From Schmidtea polychroa (Eukaryota), in contig CM097888.1 of NCBI GenBank assembly GCA_044892525.1, positions 33,542,001-33,606,000 on the forward strand: a stretch of 64,000 nucleotides of DNA, read 5' to 3'. The first letter of the stretch is position 1; the number at the start of each line of letters is the position of its first letter. This document shows positions 42,831-55,843 of this stretch, in pieces. A program made the position numbers and the translations under genes. Below the pieces are notes generated by a model. The model saw only the letters and a list, made by a program, of their open reading frames with translations. It searched no databases and had not been told where the DNA came from.

Positions 42831-44089
42831 AACTATGTACTTATTATGAAAAGTTGAATCAAAATTGAAAATTTTTGACATAAAATCCATTAAATTGTGA
42901 TCAAAATGAGATTGTTCAAATTCTCTTAAATCAATGTCTTGTTTCATTTATTTTTTTCATTTTTGCTGGTGATTTTTTATTATTTATTATTTAATTTATT
43001 TCTCAATTTTTATATTTCCTTTAATTTTTATTAATTGCGACTCCATGATAGATTTCGCATTTTCTTTGAAATTTTTTTAATTATTATTTGATCATTTCTC
43101 TATAATTCTTATTTCTTTTCATTGTTTAATTATATTTTTATATTATTTTAATAAGTAGTTTATTCCTAATTCCTATTTTTATTCGTCGACATAAATTTGA
43201 ATTTGTATTAATTTTATTATCTATTTATGTTATATTTTTGTATTTGTTAATTATTTTTAATTTATATTTATTTTTCTTGATTTTGATGTTATTTTAACCG
43301 GTTTTCCCATGTTTAAATGGTGTTTTTCAACTTAAGGCTATGTCTGCACATTGTGTTCACGGATTTCGGTCAAAAATTCACGATCAATTTGGATCAAATC
43401 AATTTTGTCTAAACAATTTGAAACCCCTTCATTTCAAAAAATGATTTCTATCCAATCACACTTATTTCTTTGTGTATGTGTGTATTTTGTTCACTTTTAT
43501 TGTCTGTGTATTGTCAGAATTGTTTTCTTTCTTTTNNNNNNNNNNNNNNNNNNNNNNNNNNNNNNNNNNNNNNNNNNNNNNNNNNNNNNNNNNNNNNNNN
43601 NNNNNNNNNNNNNNNNNNNNNNNNNNNNNNNNNNNNNNNNNNNNNNNNNNNNNNNNNNNNNNNNNNNNNATGATTAGGATCATTGATTTTTTCTTTTTAT
43701 GAAATTTATATTTGTTTTCTATTACCAATTGCTTCTTTTTTCCAAATTGAAAATTTGAATTAAATAAAAATTATTTCTGAATAACGAATATTTAAATTTT
43801 GCTGAAACTTATATTTTGCATCTCTTTCCTAATGACCTCATTCTCAGATAATTATGTAACAGTTGGAAATAAATATCAATTTAAATTTAAATTTAAATAA
43901 CCATTTTTATATTTATTTAAAAACTTAAGTACGAAGGTACGCTAATGGACCAGTCCAATCAGCGATGTTAAAGATAGGCTAGTTAGTGTGTCGTTTTTTT
44001 CGTGTAGGCTATTTGATAATTTCTTTTATTTATATTTTGTTATTTTTTTGGTAACATTAAAAATATGTTACATTCCAATTTTGCGCCTC

Positions 44090-44600
44090 TTTCAGATGTG
44101 CGCCCTGTACTAATGCACCGCTCGCACCACCTTTGTTACGGCCCTGTCAATATCAAATTGGTGGCTTAATATATTAGTAGTTGATGTTATTTTTTTATTT
44201 CATTTGTTTTTATTTTAGAAAATTTAAAAGGGTCTGATAATTTTTGGCGTGCGCGCTAGATTGTGAAAACTGCGCGGGACTTTCAAAACTGCTGCACAGC
44301 TTAGAAGGAACTTTGCAGCCACCATCAAATCATCTTTCTAAATCATTGGCAAATAATAATGTTGAATCCAACGGAAATTCAAAACATTCAAGTCAAGTTT
44401 CTTTCTCTTCTGGTTTTCTCTCAAAATCAGTTAAAATTATAGAACAGAGTAAAAACAAAATTTTGTCAAATATGCTAATAAATTTAAACAGAAAAAAAAT
44501 CGAAGCAAGGACAAAAATTTTCAAAACGGCGTATAGCTTGGTATAAAGAAACAGACCAATGTCCGATATAGATGCAATTTTATTACTGTATAAAATTAGT
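44090..44600. mobile_element. Cluster of hAT fragments (two termini and an N-terminal transposase piece)
   Basis: ttacggccctg terminus at about 44146; ttagaaggaactttg at about 44315 (same family as 53782); TKIFKTAYSLV*RNRPMSD resembles ZNF862-type hAT transposases. Confidence 0.55.
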
Positions 44601-44949
44601 TGTTCTTGTATGATTAACTTATGACGCTCTAATAAAAATTAATTTCTTTCTTTTCAGGTGGTGCAAGTGTTATATCGGTTCTAGTTGCAAGGTTCTAAGT
44701 CGGGCGGGGTAACACAAGTTTTCCAGGATATAATTAACTGGCATTGTTTAAATCATAGACTACAAATTGTGCTAGATAATGAAAGTTAATTAATCATTTT
44801 AAATCATTTTTAGATAAGATTTATTCGGTTGTAGGTAAAACGCGGGATTGCAGGATGCGGGAGTCGCGAGTAAGCAACGGGTAAAAAGCAGGAAGACTTT
44901 TGCGGGATTATTCAGTGGGAATGTGGGTAAAAAGCGGGAACAATGTTTG

Positions 44950-46640
44950 AAAATATTTGAAAAAATTTTATTTGCACGGCACATTCAAATGAATCTGGAT
45001 TTTCGAATTTAACTTCCGTCGATTTCTTTAATTTTCTTGATTTGTTCGGTTTGTTTGAAATTTTTGTAGGTGGAACGTTGAATTTGCAACAATAATAGAT
45101 TGAATTGTCTATAACTTCGGATTCTAAGTGATGGTCAAACGGAGTTTGTTCTGTCTGCATTGGTGATTGTTCCGCTTGATTTCCAATGACTTCTTCAATT
45201 AGAGCATCTAATTCATGTGGTTCCGCCTCACCTGTGGGAATGATGTCGATATTGCTCATTCTTGGATGATTCCTTCCAGATATTTTATCGAGTCGTTTTC
45301 TTTTGTTTTCTCTTAGCTGTGTCAATTTCATCTGTCGACGCGGAATCACTTCTTTCATGCCTGTATAGATATGTTAACAGTTTGATTTAGTTTGGCAGGA
45401 ACAGGAAATTGTAGGAAAAAGCCACACCAAAGTGGTTCAATTGTTCCCTGGATTGTAAAAACAGCCATCTGAGGATTTAAGAAGATGTTATTTGATTTAA
45501 TAACATGTACCGCTCTTTCATTCGTCGATGCGTTTATTGATTCAGGACCATTCGTCACAGAGTTAATTGTTTCTGAAGTTGTTGAACTAGACGATTATTG
45601 GGGTTCTTCTATTGTGGTAATCTGTACGTTCTGATGATTTCCTTCGTCTATTGTTGTTGTTGGACATCCGGAAGAACGAATTATATCTACTATTTCTTCT
45701 GGAGTTATGACAGATTTTGTTTCTGGAATACATGGATTTTGTGTCAATCCTTCTCGTAATTCGTAATTTTCTAATCCGCTGTATCCTCGCTTAATTTCTC
45801 TCAGTTGATATTCTGTCAGTATACGTAGACTAAGGGACATCGAATCGGTTGGTGCTTCCTTCCAGTCTTGTAAACGTTTGAGAACAGTTTTGAAAGCCTC
45901 TTATTGGTTGGTTGTAGCACGACTGAGGTTGAAATGTAGAAGTTCCCACAATCCCAGATTATGTATGTTGACGTGGACAGAACTTGTGTAATACTCAGAA
46001 AAATGTTGGCTGCATTTTTACATCATGTCGATAAGTTGATCCTTGTATGCGTTTAGAGATGGGGGTTCAAGAAGTGATTCAAACGAGGTAGAATGAAATT
46101 TCATCGCTCTTCGTCACACCATAACTTAGCCACCGCTTAGCATCCTGTTGAATATGATTCCACCATAAAAAGGTTTTCATATTAGGAAATATTTGGATAT
46201 GGCATCAATGATATCTTTTTCCTGATCAATCATCATAACTCCGTTGTTTGCCGTGTTTATGTCCGGACATATCTTCTGTATATGTCTAAAAAATGAATCG
46301 TGCGTTTCTTGTAACTTTTTTTCATGGATCAAGTAGGGAAGTGGAATGATTGGCTTTGAATCAAATTCAATTTCTCTGAATAAGTAAAAGTTTCCAAGTT
46401 TGAAAGTTGTATCATAGGACATCTTTTGTGAGAAGATTTGAGTTGGAGGATAGCGTCTTCTTGAAGATTTTGATGACATCAGGATGATACAATATGAAGG
46501 ACAGATTGGGAAACGTAGTGATGCTTTGAATAAAGTTCGAATCCTGTGCAACCTCATGAGGATTAAAAAGATCATCTCTTAACAATCGTCCACGATTTCT
46601 TTGTATTTTCATACAATTTATTTAATGAAGAAAGATCGAG
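44950..46640 (-). mobile_element. Mutator-like (MULE) transposase pseudogene
   Basis: SYDTTFKLGNFY...PLPYLIHEKKLQETH...DQEKDIIDAI...WNHI (DDE domain), frameshifted SWIM finger CSCQTKSNC*HI, LTQLRENKRKRLDKISGR. Confidence 0.82.
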
Positions 46641-47550
46641 GATGGCAGATCGTGACATTTTAATAAGTGACTATGTGGTAAAAGGCGAGAACGGGTATAT
46701 ATTAGTAAAGATATGCATGTTAGAGGGAGGTTTGAAAACTCATCATGCAGGAACCGGCTTGGGATATGTAGAAAAATGGAAAGATTTTATTAATGAATCA
46801 AATGGCACAGTGAATAAACTCACGAAGGATGAAAAAATAAATGACATGAAGGCAATAGAAGCTATATTAGACAAAATTAAAGAATGATTGTGTTCAGATA
46901 TTAATGAGCATGATAAGCTTGAATTGATGAATATATGATAGATATATGACAGATATAATAGATATAATAGATATATGACAGATATGTCATAGATATATTA
47001 TAGATAGTAATATATATATAANNNNNNNNNNNNNNNNNNNNNNNNNNNNNNNNNNNNNNNNNNNNNNNNNNNNNNNNNNNNNNNNNNNNNNNNNNNNNNN
47101 NNNNNNNNNNNNNNNNNNNNNNNNNNNNNNNNNNNNNNNNNNNNNNNNNNNNNNNNNNNNNNNNNNNNNNNNNNNNNNNNNNNNNNNNNNNNNNNNNNNN
47201 NNNNNNNNNNNNNNNNNNNNNNNNNNNNNNNNNNNNNNNNNNNNNNNNNNNNNNNNNNNNNNNNNNNNNNNNNNNNNNNNNNNNNNNNNNNNNNNNNNNN
47301 NNNNNNNNNNNNNNNNNNNATGATAGATGCATGATATATGATAAAACAATCTAGCATAACAAATATGAACATGATAAAATGAAAGAAATTCCATTCGAAA
47401 CAATTTATTAATAATAAAAGCTTAAACAAGTGTATATATCCATGTCTATTTACAATTAATTATTATTTTGATAAAACTGAAAATGGCAATTTACAATAGA
47501 TAGTAAATTGTAATTTATAATATTAGAAAATTCGTTCACAGAAATATCCT

Positions 47551-50500
47551 TCACTGGCTATCGTCACTGGATGAGCTGGAATCACTACTAGATGATGACG
47601 AAGCTGAACTATTGGATGAGGATGACGAGTCGACAGATGAATTTCTACGCCGTTTCTTTTGATCGGAATTTACAGGATTGTTTGCTGTCTTATTTTCAGA
47701 TACTTTTTGAATTTTCCGATCAATTGACACGCGATTCTCTTCGCTTAATTTCCGCTTCAAATCTTTTTTCTCATTAATATTCTTTTCAGATGATATTTTA
47801 GCATTATGTAATTTTTCTCTAGAATCTTTAGAGGCTTTTTTGTCTGATTCGTTTTCCTGTTTATTGATTGGTTCCGATCGTTCATTGACTCTATATTTAG
47901 AGTCATTTACACGTCGAATTTTATCATTGGTACTATCTCGAGTGTCACTATCACGATAAGATTTCGGTTTCTTTTCATCTCTTTCTTTCGGTTCTCTGTG
48001 TACGTCAGAATCGATTTTAGAAGATCGCGATTCATACTCTCGTCTCGTTGGCTTATCAATATCTTTTTCTTTTTCTCTTGAACTATCTGGATGTTTCTTA
48101 GTCAGTTTATCCTTTTTATCTCTTTCAGATTCATTTTCAATTTCTTTTTCCGATTCTTTTGGACGTCTTTGTATTTCTTTATCTGTTTCTTTCGGAATTT
48201 TTTTCGATTCACAATCGACTTGCTTTACATTTTTCTGTGATTCTTTCACCGTTGCATTTGGCTCTTTTCTTTCTTTGTTCAAGTCTTTTGATTCTTTTCT
48301 GGTATTGATATCATTACTCTTAACATCTTTCTTTGTTTCATTTTTAATTTCTTTAACGTGTTCTTTGAGTTTATTTTTAATGTTATATTCACTTTCCTTA
48401 ATGTCTTTCTTTGTGTCTTTTTCTAAATCGCTAGTTCTTTTTCTTCGTGTGTCTTTTTCTATAAATTTAGGATCCTTTCTTAAATCTTTTTCTATTTCTC
48501 TTTGTTCTCTTCTTCCGTCTTTTTCATCATATTTTTGATCTTTTCTTGTATCTCGAGGAATATCTCGTGTATCTCGAGGAATATCTCGTGTATCTCGAGG
48601 AATATCTCGTGTATCTCGAGGAATATCTCGAGTATCTCGAGGAATATCTCGAGGAATATCTCGAGTATCTCGAGGAATATCTCGAGTATCTCGAGGAATA
48701 TCTCGAGTATCTCGAGGAATATCTCGAGTATCTCGAGGAATATCTCGAGTATCTCGAGGAATATCTCGTGTATCTCGAGGAATATCTCGTGTATCTCGAG
48801 GAACGACTCGTGTATCTCGAGTTATATCTCTAGAATCTCGGGGAATATCTCTTGTATTTCGAATCAAATCTCTTGAATCTTTTTTATCTTTATTTTCTCT
48901 CAATTCCGGCTTTCCTTCTTTAATTTCAATGGCACTTTTCGATCTTTTGTCAATATCTCTAGATTCTTTTCTAGGTTCTCGGTATTCTTTTCGTGATTCT
49001 CTGTTAGTAAATTTTGATTCTTTAGCAGTGTCGCGTTGCCTTCTTGATTCTTTTTCTGAATCATTCAAGAACTCTCTATTATGATCTCTATCTTTGTATG
49101 CATCTTTCCTGCGAGAATCTCTGTGCATTTCATTATTTCTTGCTGAATTATTATAACGATCATTCTCACCGAATCTTCTATGTGCTTCCTCATCTCTTCT
49201 GTTATTATTTTTATCACCACCCATTTTTTCTCTTGATCTATCCCTTATATTTGAACCGTAATCTTTATTCGTGGTTTCATTATGCTTCTCGGATTTTTTA
49301 TTCGAGTGCTTGGACTTTTCAATTTCTTTTTCTTCTTTTTCAACCTTCTCTTTAGAATTCCGTTTCGATGAGATAGATTCACTAATTTGTCCAGATTCTT
49401 TGCTATCTGCATCAGAATCATGCTTCCTCTTCGATTTTTTACTTTTTTTCTTTTGTTTCTTTGATTTTTTCTTATGCTTTCTCTTTTTTTCTTTTTTATT
49501 TTCATCCTCAGAATCTGAAGTATCAATAGACAATGCTTCAATTTCTTTCTTCTTTTTTTTAGATTTCTTAGATTTCTTTTTCTTCGGTTTATCATCATGA
49601 GAATCTTCATTTTTTACATCAGTAATTTTTCTTTTGTATTTTGCCTTGGATGATTTTTCAAAAAAATTATCAGTATCCCTGAAATGAATTCCGAATATAA
49701 ATATAACAAGACATTAAAAAAATATGTTCGATTAATAAACACCAATCTAATCGATTATTTGCACCACTCTGTGACATAAACTAATAGAATTGTGCAACTC
49801 CTAGTACGTAACAAATGATTTCTGTTCATTCAAATATTACAGCTCCGTTATGTCAATCCGTTGATTTTTTTATTGCAGTAAACATTTTTAAAACATAAAA
49901 TGAATATTCAAAACTATTCGTGCCTATTGAATTTTGTGATTAAAAAATATATTTTAAATTATTTTTTTTATTAGGATGGTTAATAAATAATGAATATAAC
50001 TAAATAGGGGATATAAATTTTATGTAAGATTTTATAGTTTCAATTGTAGTATTAGACCAGTGGTGGCCAACCCAAATCAATCGAAGGGCCAAATTTCCGG
50101 AAAAATACTATCACGGGCCACAATAAATTCATTTAAATAAATGTAACTCGTTTTTACGATTCAAGTAAACTTAGAATCAATTTTTTAAATTAAAAACATG
50201 CTTAATTCGAATATGAATTCTAAAAAAAAATTATTGATTTGATGTTTAAAATTGTGTCCGGGCCACATCAAAACGCTTCGCGGGCCACCGGTGGGCCATG
50301 GCTGTATTAGAAGATATTTGATTTTAAAATGATATTAAAATACAACATGAAAGAGACAAATGCATAGATGCAGAAGAATGATGTAATATTACAATTTTTT
50401 CTATTTACATTATAAGAAAATAGGTTTTCTTGTATTGTTTCGTTGAATGATAAATAAAAAAAAGTTAAGGTATTAAATTTCTATCAAAAAGTTTAGAAAA

Positions 50501-52456
50501 AATGCATTGGCTGCGCTGGTGCTGCAATATGTGATCCAGTTTTATAACGATATTTGCTACTGTATCGGGGGGTCATTTGCAATTAAAATAATTTAAATGG
50601 CTTGGTTTATTTAATATTCATCAATAAATTATAATTTATAGCTGTAGAATTAATGATAACCAAATACGTAATGTAACATCAACGCGTAATTTATGGAACA
50701 TTTAATTTCACTCTATCAATGCCGATTTTCGTAAGTATGGATATAATTTTGAAATTCATGTTTTAATAATAATATATTTACTTTTCAATGACTAAATATT
50801 GTGTTTTATTTCTATTTAAATATTATTTTTGGATAAACTATTTACACAAAACTTTTTAATTGAATATTCGGTTTCCCTCACAGATTTGTGTATAGAAGAA
50901 ATATAAATATTCACAAAATTTTAATGTCAATTTTGCACTGATGGAGTTTTATTATTAAAAGGTATCTATAATAAAATTAGTATACTAAATGAATTCACAG
51001 TCCCTTTGAAGCTGTTCTATTTTTTTAATAATAGCAGGAAAAACACTCGTTTATTTAGCATTATTAGAGAATCATCAGCATTGAAAAGTGTATTAAATGT
51101 TGAGACTTTTTGGGTGTTCAATATAGATGTTTTCCTTCTTATATGTCCGTGTTATTTAATTTTAATCTTTCAGTTATAAATGTACTTTTATAATGTAATT
51201 AAGCATAGATATTGATTTTCCCCAAAAAACATAAGGTGCTGTGATATTAGATTTATCAAATTTGTATTTTTCAATAATGTTAGCAGAAACAAAATGAATA
51301 GCAATAAAGGAAAACCATTAAACGTAAAAAATATCTACCAAATAGAGCAGCATCAAGTGTTAAAGAACCTTTGCCAATCCCGAGTTGTTAGAACAGACAA
51401 AATTAATTATTTCTAGAAAATATCGATTTTATTAAAAGTTAAGCGAAAAATGAACAAAACATCAGCGTATTTTATCTACAGATAAAGACCGGGATAGAAT
51501 CAGAATGTTTAATGCGAAATCATAAAGGTGCGTTTAATGAACTCCGAAATGAAAAGTCAGATTATTTAAATCAAATGGTATAATACTTAACTATGTGATA
51601 ATTCTTCAGTGTTGTTATTGATTTTAAAGCATTTCAAAACTCTAATTAATTAATAACATTAATTGTTAAATGAATTTAATAATTTTAAATTGCCTTCATC
51701 TTCAGTTCTTTTCAGACTGTAAATCAATATATTTGAGAAGCATGAAATGAATCTGTCAAGGTAAGTAAAACTGTCCTAATACGGCAATGGGAGTACATCA
51801 ATAAAAAAAATCTAATATAAAATAGTATAACAGCAAAGAGTCTATAATAAAATCACATAAAATTATTTAACAAGATTCAGAATTTTAAATCAATGATAAA
51901 TAAAATTCAAAAATAATAAAATATCGTAAAATTAAGAAAAATATTAATTCAACTTACTTCTCGTCATCACTTTTAATATTGAGAGCATTTTTAAATTTTT
52001 GGTCCTTTAAATTATTTGCAATAGCTATTTCATGGGTTCCTTTTCCGACAATCCTACCACCCATATCCTTCTCGAAATCATCAATCGTAACATCTGTATC
52101 TATTTTCATTTGTTCATTATGCTTATCGATAAGACTTTGACGGTAAACATTAACTTTTGCTTCGATGTCTTCAGCAGAGTATCTGAATGGAAATATAATT
52201 TTGAAATAATTAATAACTTTTTCATATACCCTTGTTTTTCCATTAAATCTTCTAATTCGACGCACTTTAATTCTATTTTTCTTTTCCTCTCATGCTCCAG
52301 AATATCTTTGTTAGGCTTTTTAAAGATAGACTGACCTTTAGTATCGGGTGGCTTATATTCTTCTTGCTTTCTAACAGGTGCATGAGCTAGATTTCTTTGA
52401 ATATAACCATTCGTACCACTTCCTCTCGGAGTAGTTAATCCAATTCCATTATACAT
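47551..52456 (-). CDS. CWC21: CWC21/SRRM2-family pre-mRNA splicing factor with long charged low-complexity tail, about 859 aa, 3 exons
   Basis: MYNGIGLTTPRGSGTNGYIQRNL and HERKRKIELKC...YSAEDIEAKV...YR cwf21 domain; exons 52456-52230, 52182-51958, 49678-47551 with matching phases and GT-AG sites. Confidence 0.9.
48548..48860 (-). repeat. Coding 21-nt tandem repeat, (RDTRDIP)n
   Basis: 11 perfect peptide units, one 12-nt partial unit and 3 degenerate units inside the CWC21 terminal exon. Confidence 0.95.
50058..50304. mobile_element. hAT-type MITE (247 bp) in CWC21 intron 2
   Basis: TIR cagtggtggcc / ggccatggctg; flanks TATTAGAC and TATTAGAA (7/8). Confidence 0.8.
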
Positions 52457-52924
52457 GTTTATCTAAATCTAATAAATTGGATTAAATATAAATTGATAAT
52501 AATTTTATTTTAAAGTTATTTCTATTCAATAAGCAAGATAAAACTAAATATGAAATATAACTATATATTATGCTATTTAAGAGTAGATTTTAAAATATCA
52601 GATTATTAAATCTGTTATTGCTATTTAGAAAAATTAATTGTAATTTTAAATGTCAATATAACACTCACAATTATTAAAATGGAACAAATAATTTTAAAAT
52701 GTAATTTATTTAAACAATTTGCATTCGGTGATTAAATTGATTGAATTGTCGAGAATGTATAATTTCGAAGTTTAAATTTATTAACTTTAAATTTTAAATA
52801 TCATGTCAATTTTTAAGCAAAAATATGTTAGGAAAATATGATTTTCAAAAAAATTTTAGCTAAAATATTAATTAAAACTTACGATGAATAAAAATCATTC
52901 TTAGAAAATATTAATTTTAAAAAA

Positions 52925-53075
52925 TTTTATGGTTGGGTAGGGTTGATAATCAGTTAACTTTCAATTTCAAAAAATATTAATTTTAAAAATTTTATGGTTG
53001 GGTGGGGGTTGAAAATTAGTTAACTTTTGAATTTTGGAAATTAAATAATTTTTAAAATTTTATGGTTGGGTGGGT
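52925..53075. repeat. About 65-bp tandem repeat with G-rich core ttatggttgggt(a/g)ggg, 3 copies
   Basis: Directly visible; lies between the CWC21 start and the Polinton. Confidence 0.8.
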
Positions 53076-53270
53076 CAATATTTATAACACACAACTTGAA
53101 ATCTAAAATTTATTTAATTTAAAAAATTGAAGATGTAGTGATGTATAAAATGGTTGCGGTAAGCCGGTGTTCCCATTATATACACTACTATCTTTAATAT
53201 TGAAATATTGAAAAATATAAATTTATAAAAAGTGAAAAATTAAGGTTGTGAAAAAATATTTTTTAAAAAA

Positions 53271-53781
53271 ATGGCTACTTCGAAAAATTTGAATACCCAA
53301 AGATATTTTTGTGATTTATGTATAAGAAACTTTTAATCAAAAACAGCATTAACTTCTCATAAAAAATCAAAAGATCATTTAATTAATGCAAATCTTTTAA
53401 ATGATACCAACTCTAAAATTTTAACAAATGTAAAGTGAGATATTTATTTTCAGGATTTAATAAACACTATACAAACTGTATTGGAATTAAAAAAATTAGA
53501 AAAACATTTTCTTGTTTAATATGCCATAAAAAATTCAAAACTAAATTTGAATTAAAAAGACATTCAAGAGAATTTTGTCAGGAAAATGAAACAGGTGAAC
53601 AAGATGAAGAAAGTTGGGATGATTTTAATCAGGTTGATATATTTGGTACTGATGAATTTACAACATGTTCAATTTCATCATATATTAAAAAATATTCAAA
53701 AAAGATAAAAAATTCAATGGAACAATCTATAAAAAGTTTCAAAAACTCAAGGTATAATATTATAAAATATATAGTTACAGT
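53271..53781 (+). pseudogene. Zinc-finger ORF remnant, possibly the N-terminus of pPolB
   Basis: FCDLCIRNF*SKTALTSHKKSKDH and CLICHKKFKTKFELKRH fingers, stop and frameshift; truncated by hAT insertion; no polymerase motifs remain. Confidence 0.55.
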
Positions 53782-54600
53782 CAACGTTCCCTCTAATTTT
53801 TTTTAGCTGAGCAGAAAAAAAAATATTGCGCCACGATTAAAAAATTAAATAAAAATTAAGCAATTAGGAATTTTTTTTATTTGAAAAATCATATTTTATG
53901 TTTATATAAGTACATGATAATTATTTTTCTCGCCTATCTTTATTGTGCTTCCAGTAATGGTATACTTTATCCAGATCAATAATATTTTCTGAAACCAAGT
54001 GTGATTTTATTCTTATTAAGTTACTCAAATGATTAACGTCCAATCTATTTCTAAATTTTGTTTTAATCAAATTCATCATGCTAAAACCTCTTTCACAATC
54101 AGCACTCGACGCTTGAAAGGTTCCACAAATATCAAAGAAATATTTTATATATTAAAAACAGTCTCCACGAAGAACCAATTGAAGTAGATCATTGAAATTA
54201 AGACCGTTATTTTTGAATTTTTCCGTAAATAAATATTTTAAATCTTTATACTCATCCATTATTATTTTATTATCCATATTTGGGATGAGATCTCCATATT
54301 TCAATATTATTTTTTTTAAATTTTCATTCCCATAATTAAAATCTGATGTATTGACAATGCCGTTTTGATCAAAAGCATTCCAAAGATCCATGTCACTATC
54401 AGGAAATCTTTTATGCAAATGGTAGCATAACTTCTCAATAAATAGAATTATCTCAGACAATTTTTGCATATCATTATTACCTTCATCTTCGAGAATTTTT
54501 TTCACATCCTCACTTCAATAAACTATATCACCAAGGTACTGACTTCTTAATTTTGTGATGATCGATTTACAATATTTATGCGAGAAATTTACCTTCTTTA
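53782..54600 (-). mobile_element. hAT (ZNF862-like) transposase 3' remnant inserted in the Polinton
   Basis: TFQASSADCERGFSMMNLIKTKFRNRL dimerisation motif; terminus caacgttccctctaa at 53782; other end missing. Confidence 0.82.
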
Positions 54601-54619
54601 ATAATACAACCCTTTTCAT

Positions 54620-55230
54620 TTTGATTTAAATATTGATTTAAACCCCGTATATATTTTGATTTTGAACTACCTCCTACTAATTTTATTAAATGTAAATATT
54701 TTTTTAATTTCAGTTTTATCATCTGAAGAATATCCTTTAATTAATTTATCCAAATCTTTTGTGTATTCTAGATCTAAACGTTATTTCTTGAAACTCTTTT
54801 CCCCTGGAAAGTTATTTTCAGAATGAATATATGGTTCACCATTATTATTTTGATACAAAATAAATCATTGATTATTAATTGTTATAATTTGATATCCATT
54901 ATCAATAGAAAAAGTTGGTTTAATTGTTGCAGGTAATTTTCCACTATTAATTGTTGTATCAACTTTGTATGGTTTTGAATTTATTTCTAAATCTTCAGGT
55001 TCCACATCCCAAAATTATAAATCTTTAGGTGATTCTAATTCTTTTGGTATTAAATATCTATATTCTATTTCTTTAGTTTTTAATTCTTTCAAAGCATCAA
55101 GAGTTGGTTGTTGTTGTTCTGTCATTAATTCATTTAAATTTATAGATTCACTATGTTGAGTCAAATCTTTTTTATTATACTTGTATTGTTCAACATGTAA
55201 TTTTTTAACAGACCTAATCTTTCTTCATTA
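54620..55230 (-). pseudogene. Degenerate Polinton hypothetical ORF
   Basis: Long frame with three internal stops (VKKLHVEQY...LEYTKDLDKLIKGYSSDD...KYLHLIKLVGGSSKSKY); collinear with the upstream Polinton ORF. Confidence 0.45.
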
Positions 55231-55289
55231 ACCATTTTATATATTATAAAAATAGTATATATATATACCACTTTATGGTATGTATTATT

Positions 55290-55829
55290 TTATGATTCAT
55301 CTTCTTTAGAAAAAGGTTTAAAATATAAACCTTTGCCATCTTTTGATTTACAAATACAACCGTTTTTCAAAGACTTGTATATTTTTTTTAAACAATCTTT
55401 TTCTTTTGTGGATAAAACAGATGATGAAATTTGATTTTTGAGAAAATCATTTAAACTTCTACCTTTGAAGGGATCAAGATATAAACCCTGTCCTATGAGT
55501 GTTGTATCAACACTTGTAGGACCTGTTCCTTTCTTTTTTTGAATTGAATCAAATTCCTGTTGTAATTTTTGTTTTTCTAATTCAGTTTTTTGAGCTTCTT
55601 TAGCCTTCTGAACTTTGGTTGCAATCACTCCAGCTATTCCAGCCGCACCAGATAAACCTGCAATGATTGCTTGTATTAAAGCAGCCAAGGGTAAAATCCC
55701 ACCTTCTTTTATTTTCTCACGCACTTGCTCCTTGACATTTTTTGTAACAAAATATTTCTTACCATCAATTACTACTGATTTACTTTTGTCTGAATTTATT
55801 AATTCTTTTAGAGATTCTTCAGTCGTCAT
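55290..55829 (-). CDS. Polinton small protein (179 aa) with Gly/Ala-rich hydrophobic helix; putative core/membrane-active virion protein
   Basis: Intact ORF; EGGILPLAALIQAIIAGLSGAAGIAG resembles the GG-(F/I)LP motif seen in Polinton small ORFs and adenovirus pX. Confidence 0.65.
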   Translation of the reverse strand: MTTEESLKELINSDKSKSVVIDGKKYFVTKNVKEQVREKIKEGGILPLAALIQAIIAGLSGAAGIAGVIATKVQKAKEAQKTELEKQKLQQEFDSIQKKKGTGPTSVDTTLIGQGLYLDPFKGRSLNDFLKNQISSSVLSTKEKDCLKKIYKSLKNGCICKSKDGKGLYFKPFSKEDES

Positions 55830-55843
55830 TTTTTAATAAAATT

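Noticed and set aside
48275-49600. Plus-strand ORFs such as (LEEYLEY)n and (ISRNISS)n
   Set aside because: Shadows of the CWC21 low-complexity exon
51690-51720. Possible extra CWC21 exon (tttacag|tctgaaaagaactgaagatgaag)
   Set aside because: Only a GC donor is available and inclusion would shift the frame; exon 2 already joins exon 3 in phase
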